From the NCBI GenBank assembly GCA_021817505.1, contig JAKAUU010000008.1, positions 1-52,380 of the forward strand: a DNA stretch of 52,380 bases, read 5' to 3'. Under the pieces are notes generated by a model. The model saw only the letters and a list, made by a program, of their open reading frames with translations, did not search any database and had not been told where the DNA came from. Below are positions 47,049 through 52,380 of this stretch, piece after piece. A program made the translations under genes and the position numbers. How positions within the stretch are numbered: position 1 is the stretch's first letter; each line of letters opens with the position of its first letter. This stretch comes from Candidatus Micrarchaeota archaeon (GTDB taxonomy: Archaea > Micrarchaeota > Micrarchaeia > Micrarchaeales > CABMGC01).

Positions 47049-47123
47049 TGGGCCCGGGGGGATTTGAACCCTCGACTTAAAGGTTAAAAGCCTTCCACTC
47101 TAGCCAAACTGAGTTACGGACCC
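47049..47123 (-). tRNA. tRNA-Lys(TTT)
   Basis: GGGTCCG/CGGGCCC+A, D arm ACTC/GAGT, anticodon arm GAAGG-CT TTT AA-CCTTT, T loop TTCAAAT. No intron. Confidence 0.95.
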
Positions 47124-47183
47124 GCGTGAATAATATGTATGCAAAGTAATATATAAGTAAAATTGATTATATTATTGATTGCG

Positions 47184-47318
47184 ATGGAAGAGGAGATTCA
47201 TGTAAAGATGTATGGCAAGGAGTTCCATAAGGTCGAGTTTATGGAGATAAAATGCCCCATGTGCAACGGCAGAATAGATGAATTCGGGTTCTGCAACTGC
47301 GGTACCGGCGAATCATAA
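47184..47318 (+). CDS. 44-aa zinc-finger microprotein
   Basis: MEEEIHVKMYGKEFHKVEFMEIKCPMCNGRIDEFGFCNCGTGES*, with CxxC...CxCG. Fills the gap cleanly and is below the ORF-track size cutoff. Confidence 0.75.
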   Translation: MEEEIHVKMYGKEFHKVEFMEIKCPMCNGRIDEFGFCNCGTGES

Positions 47319-47322
47319 TTAT

Positions 47323-50089
<2,767 letters not shown>

Positions 50090-50152
50090 AATATCCCAGC
50101 CGAATAGCATTTGGCCAAATCCATTTGTAGGCATATCTGGATTAAATGTTTA

Positions 50153-51325
50153 TTAAGCATGCGTAACAAAAGTTTTCCTCTTAATAACATTTTCATTGAA
50201 GTTAGGAGCGTACTTATAATCTATTATATCTAGAAGATGCCTGTCCGTTGTCCTCCCGAGTCCGCGTGCAGCCTGATATAGGAGTCCTTTTATCAGGCCG
50301 TCCATCTCTCCAGGCGCAAACCTTACAGCATTCTCTAGATCTATCCTGTCCCTTATCTTCTTGCCTATGACAAGATTGCTTTCTTCATCTATGCATATGT
50401 TATATCCGCCGAAAGATCCCGGTATAAAATGGGCATAGCTCTTCTCTGGGATCCTTCCGTCTTTTACCATTGGCACAGGAGTCTCCCAGGAATTGAACAG
50501 CACCGGGACGACACCGATGTCGACCTTCATCTGGAGGAGTTCCTCGTGCGCAATCCCGTTGCCCCTGTTAAAGTTTGACGTATACTGCCTTGCGGTTTTG
50601 ACCGCGTTGTGCAGAATCTCTGGCTGAATGCCAAGCTGGTCAGTGTATTTGAGTATTGACACAAGGAGATATCCCTCTGTAGACGGACCGGCTTCCACTG
50701 TTTTCTTATCAGATATGCCAAGCCTTCTGTAGAACACCCTGCTGCCTGAAGGGTCTTTGGTCTCGTAATTGGTGATGTCGTGCTGGAAGATCCTTAGCTC
50801 TCCTTCCCCATTGCTCGTTACGACGCTACTGACCTTCTGGCCATTCTTCCTTATCGTTTCCCACGGAAGACCGTGCTTCCATCCGTTTGAAGATAACTTC
50901 ATCTGGAGGGCGGCTCCGACTGTTCCTGTAAACTCAAATAGACTGTCAAAATTAAACTTCCTGTATGCGAAAAGATCCTCATTTTGTAATACTGCAAGAT
51001 TGTTTATTCCGCTCATGAGGTAGAAATCCTCTGAGCAAGCTCTCTCTTTTACATTTCCTGCAGCACGGGTCGTCTCCCAGTAGAAACGCTCGCCTCTGGA
51101 TGCCCTTATTAATAGCTGCTTGTAGGCGTCACGGTCGCTCTTATCCATGCTCCTGAGAAGGCCTTCACCTTCCATCCTTCCTGCCAAGCGGCTTATATCA
51201 TCAAGTGATACCGCGCCTATCCCATACTTTCTCGGAGCATCATCTCCAAGTTCGACTATTCTGGCAGTAATCCCCGCTTTATCAAGCTTATCCAGTCCTC
51301 TAGAGTAGACTCTATAAGTCTCCAT
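50153..51325 (-). CDS. Hypothetical protein (390 aa)
   Basis: Long ORF with ATG and an upstream TATA-like box, typical codon usage, no motif I recognise. Confidence 0.75.
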   Translation of the reverse strand: METYRVYSRGLDKLDKAGITARIVELGDDAPRKYGIGAVSLDDISRLAGRMEGEGLLRSMDKSDRDAYKQLLIRASRGERFYWETTRAAGNVKERACSEDFYLMSGINNLAVLQNEDLFAYRKFNFDSLFEFTGTVGAALQMKLSSNGWKHGLPWETIRKNGQKVSSVVTSNGEGELRIFQHDITNYETKDPSGSRVFYRRLGISDKKTVEAGPSTEGYLLVSILKYTDQLGIQPEILHNAVKTARQYTSNFNRGNGIAHEELLQMKVDIGVVPVLFNSWETPVPMVKDGRIPEKSYAHFIPGSFGGYNICIDEESNLVIGKKIRDRIDLENAVRFAPGEMDGLIKGLLYQAARGLGRTTDRHLLDIIDYKYAPNFNENVIKRKTFVTHA

Positions 51326-51463
51326 TGCTTCAGCCCCACTGAAAAATAGCGGACGGTCCTTCCAAACCCTTCCGCTGCTTTGTTTATGATTAATCAGACA
51401 ATAATATAAAACATATCTACACGGCCCAGTTAATTTTATAAATCAGGAAATGGAACCAGATAA

Positions 51464-52000
51464 TTGGTAAAGATGGAGAAGGTAGAATGCGTGATAGACA
51501 CAAGCGGCTCTGGAAATATAGTGATGTCTAGGTGTACTGCCGTATCTAAGATGAATGCCGCACTGCAGGAAGGCTATAGGATAGCGAGACTGGGGGAATT
51601 TACACGCGCCTTCAGGAATGATGACTCATTAAGGAGAAATATTGATAAGAACGAGAGCGTACTTGTCTCATTGGAAGGATCTGAAGAACTGTTTCCAAAG
51701 GGCATGTCCCCAACAGTCAAGAGACACGCCGCAGTCTCTTTCCACGAGATATTTACTGATGGTAGAATGCCAAACGTGGATAAAGACTATTTCTTAGGGC
51801 TTCCTGACAGTAGGAAGGCCTTTGTCTACAATGGACTTGGATCGGTAGGTGCGTGCAGATATGACAGTGATGACGGAAAAGGTTTGGTGATATACCCGAA
51901 TGCGCTTCTTTATGTCTCAGTCATGATTGCCTGCGTAAGGGACAGGAAGGCAGATGCTGATGACAAAAACAGCAATGTTGCAAGGAGCATGAGGGACTGA
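51464..52000 (+). CDS. Hypothetical protein, divergent member of the 44650 family
   Basis: EGYRIA.L.E....F.ND..LR..I...F.EI..DG......F..LP...KAFVY.G.G.V pattern. Confidence 0.65.
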   Translation: MVKMEKVECVIDTSGSGNIVMSRCTAVSKMNAALQEGYRIARLGEFTRAFRNDDSLRRNIDKNESVLVSLEGSEELFPKGMSPTVKRHAAVSFHEIFTDGRMPNVDKDYFLGLPDSRKAFVYNGLGSVGACRYDSDDGKGLVIYPNALLYVSVMIACVRDRKADADDKNSNVARSMRD

Positions 52001-52048
52001 TTAGCTAATAGGGTAAACGACACTTGGTTTTGATTAATAGGCGAATAT

Positions 52049-52380
52049 ATGATACATGTAATGCAAGATACATTGACAGGCCGTCAGGACGTTGCAACCG
52101 GGCAAGAGATGAGAGATGTTGGATTTAAGGTGGACTTCCCAGTAATAAAGATATCTGAAAAGGCCGTCAACCATCTGATAATAAGAAGCGCCATACCTGA
52201 AGGATACGTCCAGGCAGGTATGGGCGCAGTAGTATTTTCATACGTCAATTACCCTGATTTCAGGCAGGAGCTGGCACGCGGCCCCATATGGATAAATCAG
52301 AGAGGTCTTGAAACAGCAGGATATAAGGAGATACTTGATGATTACTCTTTCGCTACTGTATCTAAGTCCAAATTCCATAA
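52049..52380 (+). CDS. Hypothetical protein, 5' part (runs off right edge), member of the 44650 family
   Basis: Manual translation: MIHVMQDTLTG...AIPEGYVQAGMGAVVFSYVNYPDFRQELARGPIWINQRGLETAGYKEILDDYSFATVSKSKFH... Confidence 0.7.
   Translation, partial: MIHVMQDTLTGRQDVATGQEMRDVGFKVDFPVIKISEKAVNHLIIRSAIPEGYVQAGMGAVVFSYVNYPDFRQELARGPIWINQRGLETAGYKEILDDYSFATVSKSKFH

Noticed and set aside
42313..47123. Intact provirus or integrative element at tRNA-Lys
   Set aside because: No integrase, capsid or packaging genes, and I could not find a duplicated tRNA 3' end. The same holds downstream of tRNA-Leu.

Overview
Archaeal chromosome segment, most consistent with a DPANN archaeon of the Ca. Micrarchaeota (ARMAN-like) type. 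This is an inference from the archaeal information-processing genes, the multi-intron tRNA, the stand-alone 5S rRNA and the TCA/lipoate genes. Housekeeping genes dominate: acnA (partial), alaS, carS, trmI, topA, a histone, aRF1, serS, rfcS, rps13-rps4-rps11, class II lysS, spt5-rpl11, lipA, split lplA/lplB and a 2-oxoacid:ferredoxin oxidoreductase. RNA genes are tRNA-Leu(TAG), tRNA-Lys(TTT), a tRNA-Ser(GGA) with two introns, a 5S rRNA and a C/D-box guide sRNA. A loose envelope/glycosylation region (7-34 kb) contains a 2018-aa anchored surface protein abutting a site-2 protease, an AglB with a non-canonical LWPDG motif, an AglH-like transferase, a GT2/GT21, an SMR pair, UppP and PMM. Accessory-looking parts include an Exo5/Cas4-like nuclease, a RelE-like domain fused to a long N-terminus, a membrane-anchored wHTH sensor with a secreted partner, a PIF1-like helicase, a PAP2 remnant and three paralogs of an uncharacterised, possibly CLec/DGR-target-like family. 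I found no CRISPR array, integrase, transposase or reverse transcriptase. All calls come from motif recognition by eye, with no database searches.
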